Positions 44,064 to 53,219 of a stretch of DNA of 64,000 nucleotides are shown here, one piece after another. Made by a program: the position numbers and the translations under genes. Source of the stretch: Spirochaetales bacterium. GTDB lineage: Bacteria; Spirochaetota; Spirochaetia; Treponematales; UBA12059. Below the pieces are notes generated by a model. That model was not told where the DNA came from, searched no databases, and worked only from the letters and a program-made list of their open reading frames with translations. Location of the stretch: NCBI GenBank assembly GCA_016926955.1, contig JAFGNN010000080.1, forward strand, positions 12,483 through 76,482, read 5' to 3'. How positions within the stretch are numbered: position 1 is the first letter of the stretch; the number at the start of each line of letters is the position of its first letter.

Positions 44064-44151
44064 GGATGCGTCCTTCTGAGGCGCGAGTTTTGACGCGCCC
44101 TGAATTTCATGGTGAAAAAGTAATGAATACCGAGACTGAAGGACAAGGTTT

Positions 44152-45126
44152 TCAGTCGCGCGCGACCACCAGGGCCCTGAGCTCATAGCAGTCGAGGCTC
44201 GCTCCGCGGACGACGTCGAAGATCTCGAGGTGGAGGTGCTCGCCGTGGCCGACCTTGCGGGCGTTGAGGCCGGTATTGCCGCCGCGGCCGAGCGGATCGC
44301 CGGGCCTGACGGCCTGGCCCGGAACCACTACCGTGTCGTGGAGGTGGAAGTAGGAATGGAAGCGCCCCTCGTCGGGAGAGTAGACGATGACGCCGTTGCC
44401 GGCCCGCGGGGAGAGTCCGCCCGACACGTAGGACGCCTGGGTGTCGCCGCCGCGCCAGTCTTCGCGCGCCGCCACGACGATGCCGTAGGACATGGAACGA
44501 ACGGTCGGCCCGATTTCCTCCGCGCCCTTGCGCTTGACTACGGGATAGAAGATGTCGATGGCGTCCTGGTGGTTGTACCTGAGCGAACGGACGGAGGGAA
44601 CCGATCGCTCGGAGGCTACCATCGGCGCCCGGGGATCCTGCCCGGAACGGGCCGAGGCCGGAAGGCGCAGCCACGCGACGTCGAGGAAGGCGCGCCAGCG
44701 CGCGGAATCGGCGTCGATGCGGTCGAAGCGCGCGGCGAGCGCGGCGTAGTAGGAACCGAAGGCGTTGCCGCCGTGGCCCATGCCGGCAAGCTCGCGGCGC
44801 GAGTCCGAGTCGGTGGTGAGGGCTATGAAGAAGTCGGCGGGCGGCAGGACGGATCGGAGCACCGTCCCGAGGTTCCGGCCGTCGGCGCGGCGCTCGTCGA
44901 GGAAGGCTTCCGCGACGAGGCGGGCGGAGGAGGAGTCCGCGGCGTGCAGCGCGCGCTCGAGCGCCGCCGCGTCCGGGAAGGCCGGGAAAGGCGGGGCTTC
45001 TTCCGGGACGGCCGCGCGCGGGTAGCGCGGGTCGCCCGCGGGCCCCGGCGCCGCGGCGACGGAAAACGCGAGCAAGAGGAGTGAGACGAAGGTCCAGGAA
45101 GCCAGGATGATCGAGGGGCGCTTCAC
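44152..45126 (-). CDS. M23-family metallopeptidase
   Basis: C-terminal HSYFHLHD...GDPLGRGGNTG...GEHLHLEI motifs (HxxxD / HxH) of LytM-type peptidases. The GTG start after a GGAGGAG RBS overlaps the upstream stop. Confidence 0.8.
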   Translation of the reverse strand: MKRPSIILASWTFVSLLLLAFSVAAAPGPAGDPRYPRAAVPEEAPPFPAFPDAAALERALHAADSSSARLVAEAFLDERRADGRNLGTVLRSVLPPADFFIALTTDSDSRRELAGMGHGGNAFGSYYAALAARFDRIDADSARWRAFLDVAWLRLPASARSGQDPRAPMVASERSVPSVRSLRYNHQDAIDIFYPVVKRKGAEEIGPTVRSMSYGIVVAAREDWRGGDTQASYVSGGLSPRAGNGVIVYSPDEGRFHSYFHLHDTVVVPGQAVRPGDPLGRGGNTGLNARKVGHGEHLHLEIFDVVRGASLDCYELRALVVARD

Positions 45127-45677
45127 GACCACGCTCCTCCCGTCACGATGTGCGGCACGAGGCGGGCACAGACGCGCGCGTCGTCGAGGGCGCGGTGGGC
45201 CGAGCCCGGGTCGATGCGGAAATCGCGGGCCAGGTTCTGGAGCGAATAGGATCGCATGCCCGGCAGGGCGAGGCGGGCCAGCGCGCAGGTGTCCGCGGTG
45301 GGGTTGGATGGGGCTTTGAGGCCGAGCCGCGCGAGGCCGGCCTTGAGGAAGCCGAGGTCGAAGGGGGCGTTGTGCGCCACCAGCACCGCGCCGCCCGCGA
45401 AGGCCAGGAAGCGGGGCAGGGCCGATTCGAGGTCGGGTTGTCCGCGCACCATGGCGTCGCTGATGCCGTTGACCTTGGAGGCGCCCCACGGAATCGGGCG
45501 GCCGGGGTCGACGAGGGTCTGGAAGGCCTCGGTCTCGCCGTCCGGGCCGAAGCGCAGGGCGCCGATCTCCACGATGCGGTCGTTCCGTCCGTCGAGTCCC
45601 GTCGTCTCGAAGTCGAAGGCGACGAAGGCGGCGCGGGGCCAGAGCTCCCGGAGCGCGGCGAGGTCGAGGTTCTTCAC
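45123..45677 (-). CDS. DnaQ-like 3'-5' exonuclease (DNA polymerase III epsilon family)
   Basis: Exo I FVAFDFETTGL, Exo II LVAHNAPFDLGFL, Exo III HRALDDARV. Confidence 0.85.
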   Translation of the reverse strand: MKNLDLAALRELWPRAAFVAFDFETTGLDGRNDRIVEIGALRFGPDGETEAFQTLVDPGRPIPWGASKVNGISDAMVRGQPDLESALPRFLAFAGGAVLVAHNAPFDLGFLKAGLARLGLKAPSNPTADTCALARLALPGMRSYSLQNLARDFRIDPGSAHRALDDARVCARLVPHIVTGGAWS

Positions 45678-45689
45678 GGTCCCTTCCCG

Positions 45690-47450
45690 TCAGCGCGCCG
45701 CGTCGACCGCGGCCTTGAGTTCGGCGATGATGCGCCCGACCTTCTCCGCGCTCGCGGCCTTCGCGGCCTCAAGGTTCCCGCCCTCGAGCGCGGTGCGCGA
45801 GAGGACGTAGAACTTGATCTTGGGCTCGGTGCCGCTGGGGCGCACGGTGACCACGGTGCCGTCGGCGAGCGTCCACTGGAGCACGTCGCTCGGGGGAAGC
45901 TCGATGCCGGCCTTCGCGCCCGCGGGCAGCTCGCGCTCGTAGCCTTCGAGGATGTCTCGGACCCCCGTCACGGCGATGCCGCCGAACGAAGCCGGCGCCG
46001 AGGCGCGGTAGCCTTCCATGATGCGCCGCATGACGTCCATGCCGGCCGGGCCCTCGAAGTACTTGTTGAGGCCCTTCTCCTCGTGGTAGCCGAACTCGCG
46101 GTACAGGTCGTCGAGGCGCTCGAGCAGGGTCTTGCCCTTCGAGCGCCAGTAGAGCGTCATCTCGGCGGTCATGGCGGCGGCGGAGATGCCGTCCTTGTCG
46201 CGCACCTCGTTCTCAACCAGGTAGCCGTAGCTCTCCTCGGTGCCGTAGACGAACTCGAAGCCCTTGCCGTCGGTCTCGAAGCGGCGCATGAGGTCCGCGA
46301 TCCATTTGAAGCCGGTCAGGCATTCGAAGCAGGTGGCGCCGTACTTCTCCGCGACCAGGTCCTGCAGCCGCGTGGTGACGACGGAGCGGATGGTGGCGGG
46401 CTTCGCGGGCAGGCGGCCGAGCTCTTTCATGGAAAGCAGGATGTAGTCGGCGAGCAGGGATCCGAGCTGGTTGCCCGTGACGAGGGCGTAGCCGCCTTTC
46501 CCGTCGGGCACCGCGATGCCGAGGCGGTCGGCGTCGGGGTCGGTGGCCATGACGACGTCGGCTTTTTCCTTCGCGCCGAGCTCGAGGGCCAGCTTGAGCG
46601 CGGGCGCCTCCTCCGGATTCGGGAAGGCGACCGTGGGGAAGTCGCCGTCGGGTTCGCGCTGCTCGGGAACGGTGACCACGTTCAGGCCGAGCTCGCCCAT
46701 GACGCGCTCGAAGTGGAAGGCGCCGGTGCCGTGGAGCGGGGTGTAGACCACCTTGACCTCGCCGGCCAGGCGCTTGATGAGTTCGGGGCGGAAGAGCTTC
46801 GACTTGACCAAGGCGACGTAGGCGTCGTCCATATCGCTCCCGAGCACGACGAAAAGGCCCTTGGCCAGCGCCTCGGCCCTGTCCATGGTGCGGATTGCCG
46901 GAGCGGCGTTCACGCGCGCGATGATGCCCTCGTCGTGGGGGGCGATGATCTGGGCGCCGTCGTTCCAGTAGGCCTTGTAGCCGTTGTAGGCGGGCGGGTT
47001 GTGGCTGGCCGTGACGACAATGCCCGTGTCGGCCTTGAGGCTGCGCACGGCGAACGAGAGTTGGGGCGTCGGGCGGAGCGAGGGGAAGACGTAGGCCTTG
47101 ATGCCGTTTGCCGCGAGCACGAGGGCGGCGGCCTCCGCGAACTCGGGGCTGTAATGGCGCGAGTCGTGGGCGATGACGGCGGAAAGGGCCTTGCCGGGGA
47201 CGGCGGATTTCAGGTACTCGGCGAGGCCCTGGGTGGCGCGGCGCACCACGAGGAGGTTCATGCGGTTCGAGCCGCCGCCGATGACGCCGCGGAGGCCCCC
47301 CGTACCGAACTCGAGGTCGCGGTAGAAGCGGTCCTCCAGCTCCTTCGCGTCGCCGGAGGCGAGCAGGGCTTCCACCTCGGCGCGGAATTTCGGATCGGTC
47401 TCGGCTTCGATATAGGCGCGGGCGCGTTCGCGGAGGGTTTCGGTATCCAT
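45690..47450 (-). CDS. phosphoglucomutase/phosphomannomutase-family phosphohexomutase
   Basis: Active-site TASHNPPAYNGYK, metal loop DPDADRLG, and sugar-binding GTEESYG. Start at ATG 47450 after an AGGAG RBS. Confidence 0.88.
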   Translation of the reverse strand: MDTETLRERARAYIEAETDPKFRAEVEALLASGDAKELEDRFYRDLEFGTGGLRGVIGGGSNRMNLLVVRRATQGLAEYLKSAVPGKALSAVIAHDSRHYSPEFAEAAALVLAANGIKAYVFPSLRPTPQLSFAVRSLKADTGIVVTASHNPPAYNGYKAYWNDGAQIIAPHDEGIIARVNAAPAIRTMDRAEALAKGLFVVLGSDMDDAYVALVKSKLFRPELIKRLAGEVKVVYTPLHGTGAFHFERVMGELGLNVVTVPEQREPDGDFPTVAFPNPEEAPALKLALELGAKEKADVVMATDPDADRLGIAVPDGKGGYALVTGNQLGSLLADYILLSMKELGRLPAKPATIRSVVTTRLQDLVAEKYGATCFECLTGFKWIADLMRRFETDGKGFEFVYGTEESYGYLVENEVRDKDGISAAAMTAEMTLYWRSKGKTLLERLDDLYREFGYHEEKGLNKYFEGPAGMDVMRRIMEGYRASAPASFGGIAVTGVRDILEGYERELPAGAKAGIELPPSDVLQWTLADGTVVTVRPSGTEPKIKFYVLSRTALEGGNLEAAKAASAEKVGRIIAELKAAVDAAR

Positions 47451-47553
47451 GGAGACTCCTTCGTGTCTTGTTTCGGGCGCGGCGCGCCAAGCGGACGGAG
47501 CCGGGTCGCGAGGCCACGCATACATCCAAGATACTACGAAGGAAGCCGCTTCC

Positions 47554-48225
47554 TCAATGCCGGGCAGGCGGAACGAGGGAGGCGAAGGCGGCCTGCAGTT
47601 CGGCGGGGCTTTCGATGACGAGGGCGGCGCCGGCCGACTCGAGCTCGAGGCGCCCGCGGAAGCCCCAGGCGCAGCCGATGCCGGGAAGGCGAGCGTTGCG
47701 TGCGGTCAGCATGTCCACGTCGGTGTCGCCGGCGAAGCCGGCCGCCTCCGGGGCGGAGCCGAGGCGCGCGAGCAGGGCGATGAGGCGGGACGGGTCGGGC
47801 TTGCGGCTCTGGCCGGGCAGGTCTCCGATGACTTCCGTGAAGGGAAGGCCGGGAAAGAGGCGCGAGACGGCCGCGCGCGCGACCGTCTCGGGCTTGTTGG
47901 TGAAGACGGCCAGTGCCACGCCCTCGGCCGCGAGCGCTTCGAGCGCCTCTGCGATTCCCTCGTAGGGATGCGAGGATCCGACCGGGTCGGCCTCGTAGGC
48001 GGCCTCCATGGCGCATCGGAGCTCTTCGACCAGGTCCCGGGGGGAGTCCGGCGGGCAGGCCGACCGCGCCAGCTCGCCGACGCCCCGGCCGACGAAGTGG
48101 CGGTAGGAGTCCGGCGCGTGCGCCGGGAGGCCGCGCGCGGAGAGGACGCCGTTCATCTTCTCCGCGATGTCGCCGAGGGTGTCGACCAGGGTACCGTCCA
48201 GGTCGAGTACGAGGGAGCGCTTCAT
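47554..48225 (-). CDS. HAD-superfamily hydrolase (phosphoglycolate phosphatase-like)
   Basis: Motif I LVLDLDGTLVDT, motif II FTNK, motif IV GDTDVD. Start at ATG 48225. Confidence 0.8.
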   Translation of the reverse strand: MKRSLVLDLDGTLVDTLGDIAEKMNGVLSARGLPAHAPDSYRHFVGRGVGELARSACPPDSPRDLVEELRCAMEAAYEADPVGSSHPYEGIAEALEALAAEGVALAVFTNKPETVARAAVSRLFPGLPFTEVIGDLPGQSRKPDPSRLIALLARLGSAPEAAGFAGDTDVDMLTARNARLPGIGCAWGFRGRLELESAGAALVIESPAELQAAFASLVPPARH

Positions 48226-48233
48226 CGTCCGCT

Positions 48234-48578
48234 TCAGTCCTTCGCGCTCAGGTCTTCGTCCTTGCCGCCGAGGCCCCTGAACTTCGCCTCGCGCTCTTCG
48301 ATGCGGCCGTCGAGCTCGGCGAGCTTGTCGAGCAGCTCCCTGGTCTCGGCGTCGGAGCCGGACAGGACGGGTTCGGCGCGCTCGGCCAGCACTTCGTAGG
48401 CGCGGGCGCCGAGCTTGGTCGTCAGCTTGCCGGCCTCGGAGCGCAGCTGGAGTATCTCCACCTTGAGCACGCCCATCTCGCCCCACTGCTGGGCCTTGTC
48501 GCCCGCCTTCGAAAGGAAGTCGCGGCTGGCGTCGAGCCCCTGGTCCACGAAGTGCTTGAGCTTCTCGGAAAAGTTCAC
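48234..48578 (-). CDS. hypothetical coiled-coil protein
   Basis: 114-aa charged helical protein. GTG start after an AAGGAGGA RBS. Confidence 0.5.
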   Translation of the reverse strand: MNFSEKLKHFVDQGLDASRDFLSKAGDKAQQWGEMGVLKVEILQLRSEAGKLTTKLGARAYEVLAERAEPVLSGSDAETRELLDKLAELDGRIEEREAKFRGLGGKDEDLSAKD

Positions 48579-48888
48579 TCTGTTCCTCCTTAGAGCGATG
48601 CGGCGCGGTCCGCGCCGGCCTTAAGGCCCCTGCGGACCGTCCGAGACCATGATAACGCCGCCCGCCCGCCAAGTCCAAACCGATCGTCCGGGGCCGGGCG
48701 GCGGCGCGCCTGAAGAATCTTCGGGAATCCGCTCGCCCTCGCTTGACAGGGCTCCGGAGGGGTACTATATCGTGTATCCATCGGACAAATGCCTACCACC
48801 GATGGTATGGTCCGTATAGCAAGAAGGATACCAACTCGACCATGCACGCCACGATTTGCTCAAGGAAAAACACCCGAGGAACGATACG

Positions 48889-49359
48889 GTGAGGTGTCCG
48901 CACTGCGGCTCGCTGGACGACCGCGTCCTCGACTCCCGTACCCTCGCCAACGGCGAGAGCACGAGGCGCCGCCGCGAGTGCCTCTCGTGCGGCTTCCGCT
49001 TCACCAGTTACGAGCGCATCGAGGAGCGCCCCCTCATGGTCGTCAAGCGCGACGGCCGGCGCGAACCCTTCGAGCGGGCCAAGCTGGCGCGGGGCATCGA
49101 GCGCGCCCTCGAGAAGCGGCCCGTGTCGCGCGACACCATCGAGAACATCATCAACGAGATCGAGGACCAGGCGGCCATGGCCGGCCGGGGCTCGGACGAG
49201 ATCGTGAGCCAGGCGCTCGGCGAGATGATCCTGGCGCGGCTCTACGAGCTGGACAAGGTCGCCTGCGTCCGTTTCGCCTCGGTGTACCGCAAGTTCGAGA
49301 CCCTGGACGAATTCCTCAAAGAGATAGAACGCCTGGCGGGAGCGCCGGGGCCCGCGTGA
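48889..49359 (+). CDS. nrdR: transcriptional repressor NrdR
   Basis: Zinc ribbon (V)RCPHCGS...CLSCGFRFT followed by an ATP-cone (VVKRDGRREPFERAKL). GTG 48889. Confidence 0.9.
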   Translation: MRCPHCGSLDDRVLDSRTLANGESTRRRRECLSCGFRFTSYERIEERPLMVVKRDGRREPFERAKLARGIERALEKRPVSRDTIENIINEIEDQAAMAGRGSDEIVSQALGEMILARLYELDKVACVRFASVYRKFETLDEFLKEIERLAGAPGPA

Positions 49360-49409
49360 AAAGCCCGGCGTCGAGCGGCGGGATGGAAGGATCGGGGGGG
49401 GAGCGGAAA

Positions 49410-51509
49410 ATGGAAGGCGAGCAGTTCTTCCCGGAGTGGCGGAGCCTCCTCGGGAACGCGGTCGGCGGGGAAAGCGGACCCGTCGTCCGTCAGGTCGTCA
49501 AGCGGTCGGGACGCGTCGAGCCCTGGGACGCGTCCAAGATCGTCATGGCGATCGAAGCGGCCTTCCGGGCGACCACGGGCCTCGACGGAGGCGGGAAGGC
49601 GGAGACCATAGCCGCCGACGTCGAGGCCCGCCTGGGCCTGCTCATGGCCGGGCGCCACCGGAACTCGATCCCCGCCATCGAGGAGATCCAGGACCTGGTG
49701 GAGACCGCCCTCATCGAGGCGAAGGAGGTGGCGGTCGCCAAGGCTTACATCCTCTACCGCGCCCGCCACGAGGCCATGCGCGACACCAGGCGCCTCATGC
49801 TCGACATCGACGCCACCATGGACGGCTATCTGGGCCAGGGCGACTGGCGGGTCAAGGAGAACGCCAACGTCAACTACTCGCTCGGCGGCCTCATCCTCCA
49901 CAACTCGGGCTCGATCACGGCGAACTACTGGCTCAAGAACGTGTACCCCGAGGAGATCGCCGAGGCGCACCGCAACGCGGACTTCCACATCCACGACCTC
50001 TCCATGTTCTCCGGCTACTGCGCCGGCTGGTCGCTCCGCGCCCTGATAGCCGAGGGCCTCGGGGGCGTGCCGGACAAGATCTCGTCGAAGCCTGCGAAGC
50101 ACCTCTCGACCCTCGCGCAGCAGCTGGTGAACTTCCTCGGCGCCCTCCAGAACGAGTGGGCCGGCGCCCAGGCGCTCTCGAGCTTCGACACCTACCTGGC
50201 GCCCTTCGTCCGCGCCGACCGTCTCTCGGAGTCCGAGGTGAGGCAGGGCATCCAGAGCTTCCTCTTCGGCGTCAACACGCCGAGCCGCTGGGGCTGCCAG
50301 GCGCCCTTCTCGAACGTAACGCTCGACTGGACCTGCCCCCCGGACCTCCGCGACCGGCCCGCCGTGGTGGGCGGCGAGGAGCGGGACTTCACCTACGGCG
50401 ACTGCCAGGCGGAGATGGACCTGGTGAACAAGGTCTTCCTCGAGCTCATGCTGGAAGGCGACGCCGAGGGCCGCGGCTTCCAGTACCCCATCCCGACCTA
50501 CAACGTCACCGAGGACTTCGACTGGGACGGGGCGAACGCGAAGCTGCTCTTCGAGATGGCGGCCAAGTACGGCACGCCGTATTTCCAGAACTTCCTCAAC
50601 TCGGACCTCGACCCGAACGACGTGCGCTCCATGTGCTGCCGCCTCCGCCTCGACAAGCGCGAGCTCCGCAAGCGCGGCGGCGGACTCTTCGGCTCCGACG
50701 AGCTCACCGGCTCCATCGGAGTCGTCACGCTCAACCTGCCTCGGCTCGGGTACCTGGCCAAGGACGAGGCGGACTTCATGAAGCGCCTCTACCGCCTGAT
50801 GGGCCTGGCGGCGACGAGCCTCACGATGAAGCGGAAGGTCTGCGCCCGCCTGCTCGAGGCGGGACTCTTCCCCTACACGCGGCGCTGGCTGCCCTCCTTC
50901 GACAACCACTTCTCCACGATAGGAATTTGCGGCATGCACGAAGCCTGCCTCAACCTCCTGGGCAAGGGCATCGACGAGGCGGAGGGAAGGGCCTTCGCCC
51001 TCCGCGTGCTCGAGCGCATGCGCCAGCGCCTCCAGGACCTGCAGGTCGAAACCGGCGAACTCTTCAACCTCGAGGCCACGCCGGCGGAGTCCACCTCGTA
51101 CCGCCTGGCGCGGCATGACAAGGAGCGCTGGCCGGACATCGTCGCGTCCGGCGAGGCGGCCCCCTACTACACCAACTCGACGCAGCTGCCGGCGGACGCC
51201 GACATCGACCTCTTCGACGCACTCGACCACCAGGAGGACCTGCAGGCCGCGTACACGGGCGGCACGGTCTTCCACGTGTTCCTTTCCGAGGCCGTGGAGG
51301 ACTGGCGCGCAGCGCGCGAGCTCGTTAAGTCGGTGGCCTCGAACTACCGCGTGCCGTACTTCACCCTGTCGCCGACCTTCTCGGTCTGTCCGGTGCACGG
51401 CTATCTGTCGGGCCATCACGAATTCTGCCCGAAGTGCCGCGACGAGAAGCGCCGCGCCATCGCGGAGGAACTGGAAAAAGCCAAGGCCGAACTGGCCGCG
51501 CTGATATAA
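49410..51509 (+). CDS. nrdD: anaerobic ribonucleoside-triphosphate reductase, large body lacking the glycyl-radical motif
   Basis: ATP-cone (VVKRSGRVEPWDASKIV). Class III RNR blocks (NANVNYSLGG, FHIHDLS, RSMCCRLRL, TPAESTSYR). Zn site CPVHGYLSGHHEFCPKC. The ORF then ends in a helical tail (RDEKRRAIAEELEKAKAELAALI*) before any RxxGY motif. Confidence 0.85.
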   Translation: MEGEQFFPEWRSLLGNAVGGESGPVVRQVVKRSGRVEPWDASKIVMAIEAAFRATTGLDGGGKAETIAADVEARLGLLMAGRHRNSIPAIEEIQDLVETALIEAKEVAVAKAYILYRARHEAMRDTRRLMLDIDATMDGYLGQGDWRVKENANVNYSLGGLILHNSGSITANYWLKNVYPEEIAEAHRNADFHIHDLSMFSGYCAGWSLRALIAEGLGGVPDKISSKPAKHLSTLAQQLVNFLGALQNEWAGAQALSSFDTYLAPFVRADRLSESEVRQGIQSFLFGVNTPSRWGCQAPFSNVTLDWTCPPDLRDRPAVVGGEERDFTYGDCQAEMDLVNKVFLELMLEGDAEGRGFQYPIPTYNVTEDFDWDGANAKLLFEMAAKYGTPYFQNFLNSDLDPNDVRSMCCRLRLDKRELRKRGGGLFGSDELTGSIGVVTLNLPRLGYLAKDEADFMKRLYRLMGLAATSLTMKRKVCARLLEAGLFPYTRRWLPSFDNHFSTIGICGMHEACLNLLGKGIDEAEGRAFALRVLERMRQRLQDLQVETGELFNLEATPAESTSYRLARHDKERWPDIVASGEAAPYYTNSTQLPADADIDLFDALDHQEDLQAAYTGGTVFHVFLSEAVEDWRAARELVKSVASNYRVPYFTLSPTFSVCPVHGYLSGHHEFCPKCRDEKRRAIAEELEKAKAELAALI

Positions 51510-51517
51510 AGAACGAA

Positions 51518-51643
51518 ACCACGGAGGCACGGAGCGAGGGAGGGAAGAGGGAGCGATGGACGGGACCGAGTCGGGATTGATGGTTTTCGAATCCTGATTC
51601 CGAATTTGGTTGCCCGCTCCTCTTCGCTCCGTGCCTCCGTGGT
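51518..51643. repeat. MITE/REP-like palindromic element, copy 2
   Basis: Terminal inverted repeats ACCACGGAGGCACGGAG (51518-51534) and CTCCGTGCCTCCGTGGT (51627-51643), with a central GAATCCTGATT core. Starts 9 nt after the nrdD stop. Confidence 0.8.
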
Positions 51644-51679
51644 GGATGTTTGTGAGGCTTTTTTTTTTGGGGGGGGGAG

Positions 51680-52300
51680 ATGGAGAAGGGGGAGCTGGAG
51701 GCGAGGATCGCGGGGCTCGAATCGGAGCTCGCGGCGGTCGAGGGGACGCGCACCGAGGTGTACGCGCGCATCGTGGGCTACTACCGCTCGGTGCGGAACT
51801 GGAACGCGGGCAAACGCGAGGAGTTCTCGCGGAGGCGGCCTTGGGTCCTCGGAAAGGAAGCTCCCGGCGCCCGGATGGTCGTCGCCGGCGCATTCCGGGA
51901 GGCCGCGCGCGAGGCCGCCGAGCCCGCCGCCGTCTACGCGGCCGCCCGCCCGGCCGGGGCCGCGCCGTCGCTCCGCGCCGCGCCCGCGCTCAAGGACCTG
52001 GTCGGCGCCGCGCCGCGCTACGGCGACGAGGTCCCGCGCGGAGAGGGCGAGGTGGCGGAATACACGGTCTATGTGCGCGCGACCTGCCCGGGCTGCCCGC
52101 CGGTCAAGGCCTTCCTCGCCGCCTCGGGCCTGCCGGGGCGCCTCGTGGACGTCGACGCCGAGGAGGGCCTCCGCGAGGCGTTGGCGGCTGGCGTCATGTC
52201 CACGCCGACCGCCATCCTCGCCGACGGCGAGGGGCGGGAACTCACCCGCGCGCGCTCGGTCCAGGAGCTCCGCTCGACCCTGATGCCCGTGCTGGCCTAG
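51680..52300 (+). CDS. NrdD glycyl-radical module fused to a thioredoxin-fold CPGC domain
   Basis: An N-terminal helical segment is followed by EVYARIVGYYRSVRNWNAGKREEFSRR, the class III RNR glycyl-radical signature. The C-terminal ~80 aa (YVRATCPGCPPVKAFL...VMSTPTAIL) resemble the small thioredoxin-like protein at 12534-12785. Confidence 0.7.
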   Translation: MEKGELEARIAGLESELAAVEGTRTEVYARIVGYYRSVRNWNAGKREEFSRRRPWVLGKEAPGARMVVAGAFREAAREAAEPAAVYAAARPAGAAPSLRAAPALKDLVGAAPRYGDEVPRGEGEVAEYTVYVRATCPGCPPVKAFLAASGLPGRLVDVDAEEGLREALAAGVMSTPTAILADGEGRELTRARSVQELRSTLMPVLA

Positions 52301-52341
52301 CGGGGCGGCGCGGTGGGCAGGACTTCAGGCGGGGCGCGCGC

Positions 52342-53034
52342 GTGATCACGCGGCTCGGCCTGCAGCGGAGCAGCCTGGCGGACTATCCGGGGGCGCTGGC
52401 CTGCGTCCTCTTCACGGTCGGCTGCGACTTCCGCTGCCCCTGGTGCCACAACCCCGAGCTTGTGGAACCAGAGCCCGGCGACCCGGGCCTCCTGCCCGTC
52501 GGGGAGGTCCTCGGCTTCCTCGACAAACGGAAGCGCGTCCTCTCCGGGGCCGTGCTCTCGGGCGGGGAGCCCTGCCTGCACCCCGACCTGCCGCGCCTCG
52601 CGGACGCGGTCAGGAAGCGCGGCCTCAAGGTCAAGCTCGACACGAACGGATCCTTCCCCGACGCGCTCGCGGAAGTCCGGGCCGACTATGTCGCCATCGA
52701 CGTGAAGGCACGCGCCGCCGACTACCCGAAGCTCGCGCCCCTTGTGCCGGACGCAGCCGAGCGCGTGGCCCGCTCGCTCGGGTGGCTCAGGTCCTCGGGG
52801 ACGCCCTTCGAGGTCCGCGTGACGGCGGCGCCCGGCTTCGTCGACCCGGACACGGCGGCGATCGTGGCCGAATTCCTCGAGGCGGACGACGAGGTGGTCC
52901 TGCAGCAGTTCCGTCCGCTCCGCACCCTCGAAAGCGCCTGGCAAACAGTTGAGCCCCACGGCGACGCGGCCCTGGCGGAGATACTCGCGGCGCTCAAGCA
53001 CCGTTCGCCGAAGGCCCGGCTCCGGGGCGGCTGA
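52342..53034 (+). CDS. nrdG: anaerobic ribonucleotide reductase activating protein (radical SAM)
   Basis: CDFRCPWCHN radical-SAM cluster motif and GVVLSGGEP-like SGGEPCL. GTG 52342. Confidence 0.85.
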   Translation: MITRLGLQRSSLADYPGALACVLFTVGCDFRCPWCHNPELVEPEPGDPGLLPVGEVLGFLDKRKRVLSGAVLSGGEPCLHPDLPRLADAVRKRGLKVKLDTNGSFPDALAEVRADYVAIDVKARAADYPKLAPLVPDAAERVARSLGWLRSSGTPFEVRVTAAPGFVDPDTAAIVAEFLEADDEVVLQQFRPLRTLESAWQTVEPHGDAALAEILAALKHRSPKARLRGG

Positions 53035-53219
53035 ATGCCCGAGCGCCGGGACGCGGGGGAGGAGCCGCGGCGCGCCGGGACGGGACCCGCCGCCCGAAGC
53101 GGAAAACGCGACCCGCCGCCTCGGGGCGGGCGAAGCGAGCCTTAAGCCCCCGGCGCCTGTTTCCCCCATGGATTCCCGGACCCACGCTCCGCTTGCCGCA
53201 TCCGGCGCCCGGGACTACC

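Noticed and set aside
43287-44093. A 268-aa ORF that starts in the 67-bp tandem repeats, with RBS-like GAAGGAG plus ATG inside each unit.
   Set aside because: It reads through repeat DNA and then runs antisense to the well-supported rhodanese gene. Its composition is Gly/Arg-rich junk.
48755-48815. Candidate NrdR boxes upstream of nrdR/nrdD (GGTACTATATCGTGTAT near 48760-48776).
   Set aside because: Only one half-convincing match to the ACACTATATATAGTGT-type palindrome was found. No second box lies at the expected ~31-nt phasing, so the evidence is too weak to annotate.
51507-51680. Simple excision of the palindromic element might restore an intact single-chain nrdD.
   Set aside because: The TAA stop (51507-51509) lies outside the element's inverted repeats. 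The two ORFs are in different frames, and each has its own helical extension. Element insertion alone does not explain the split.
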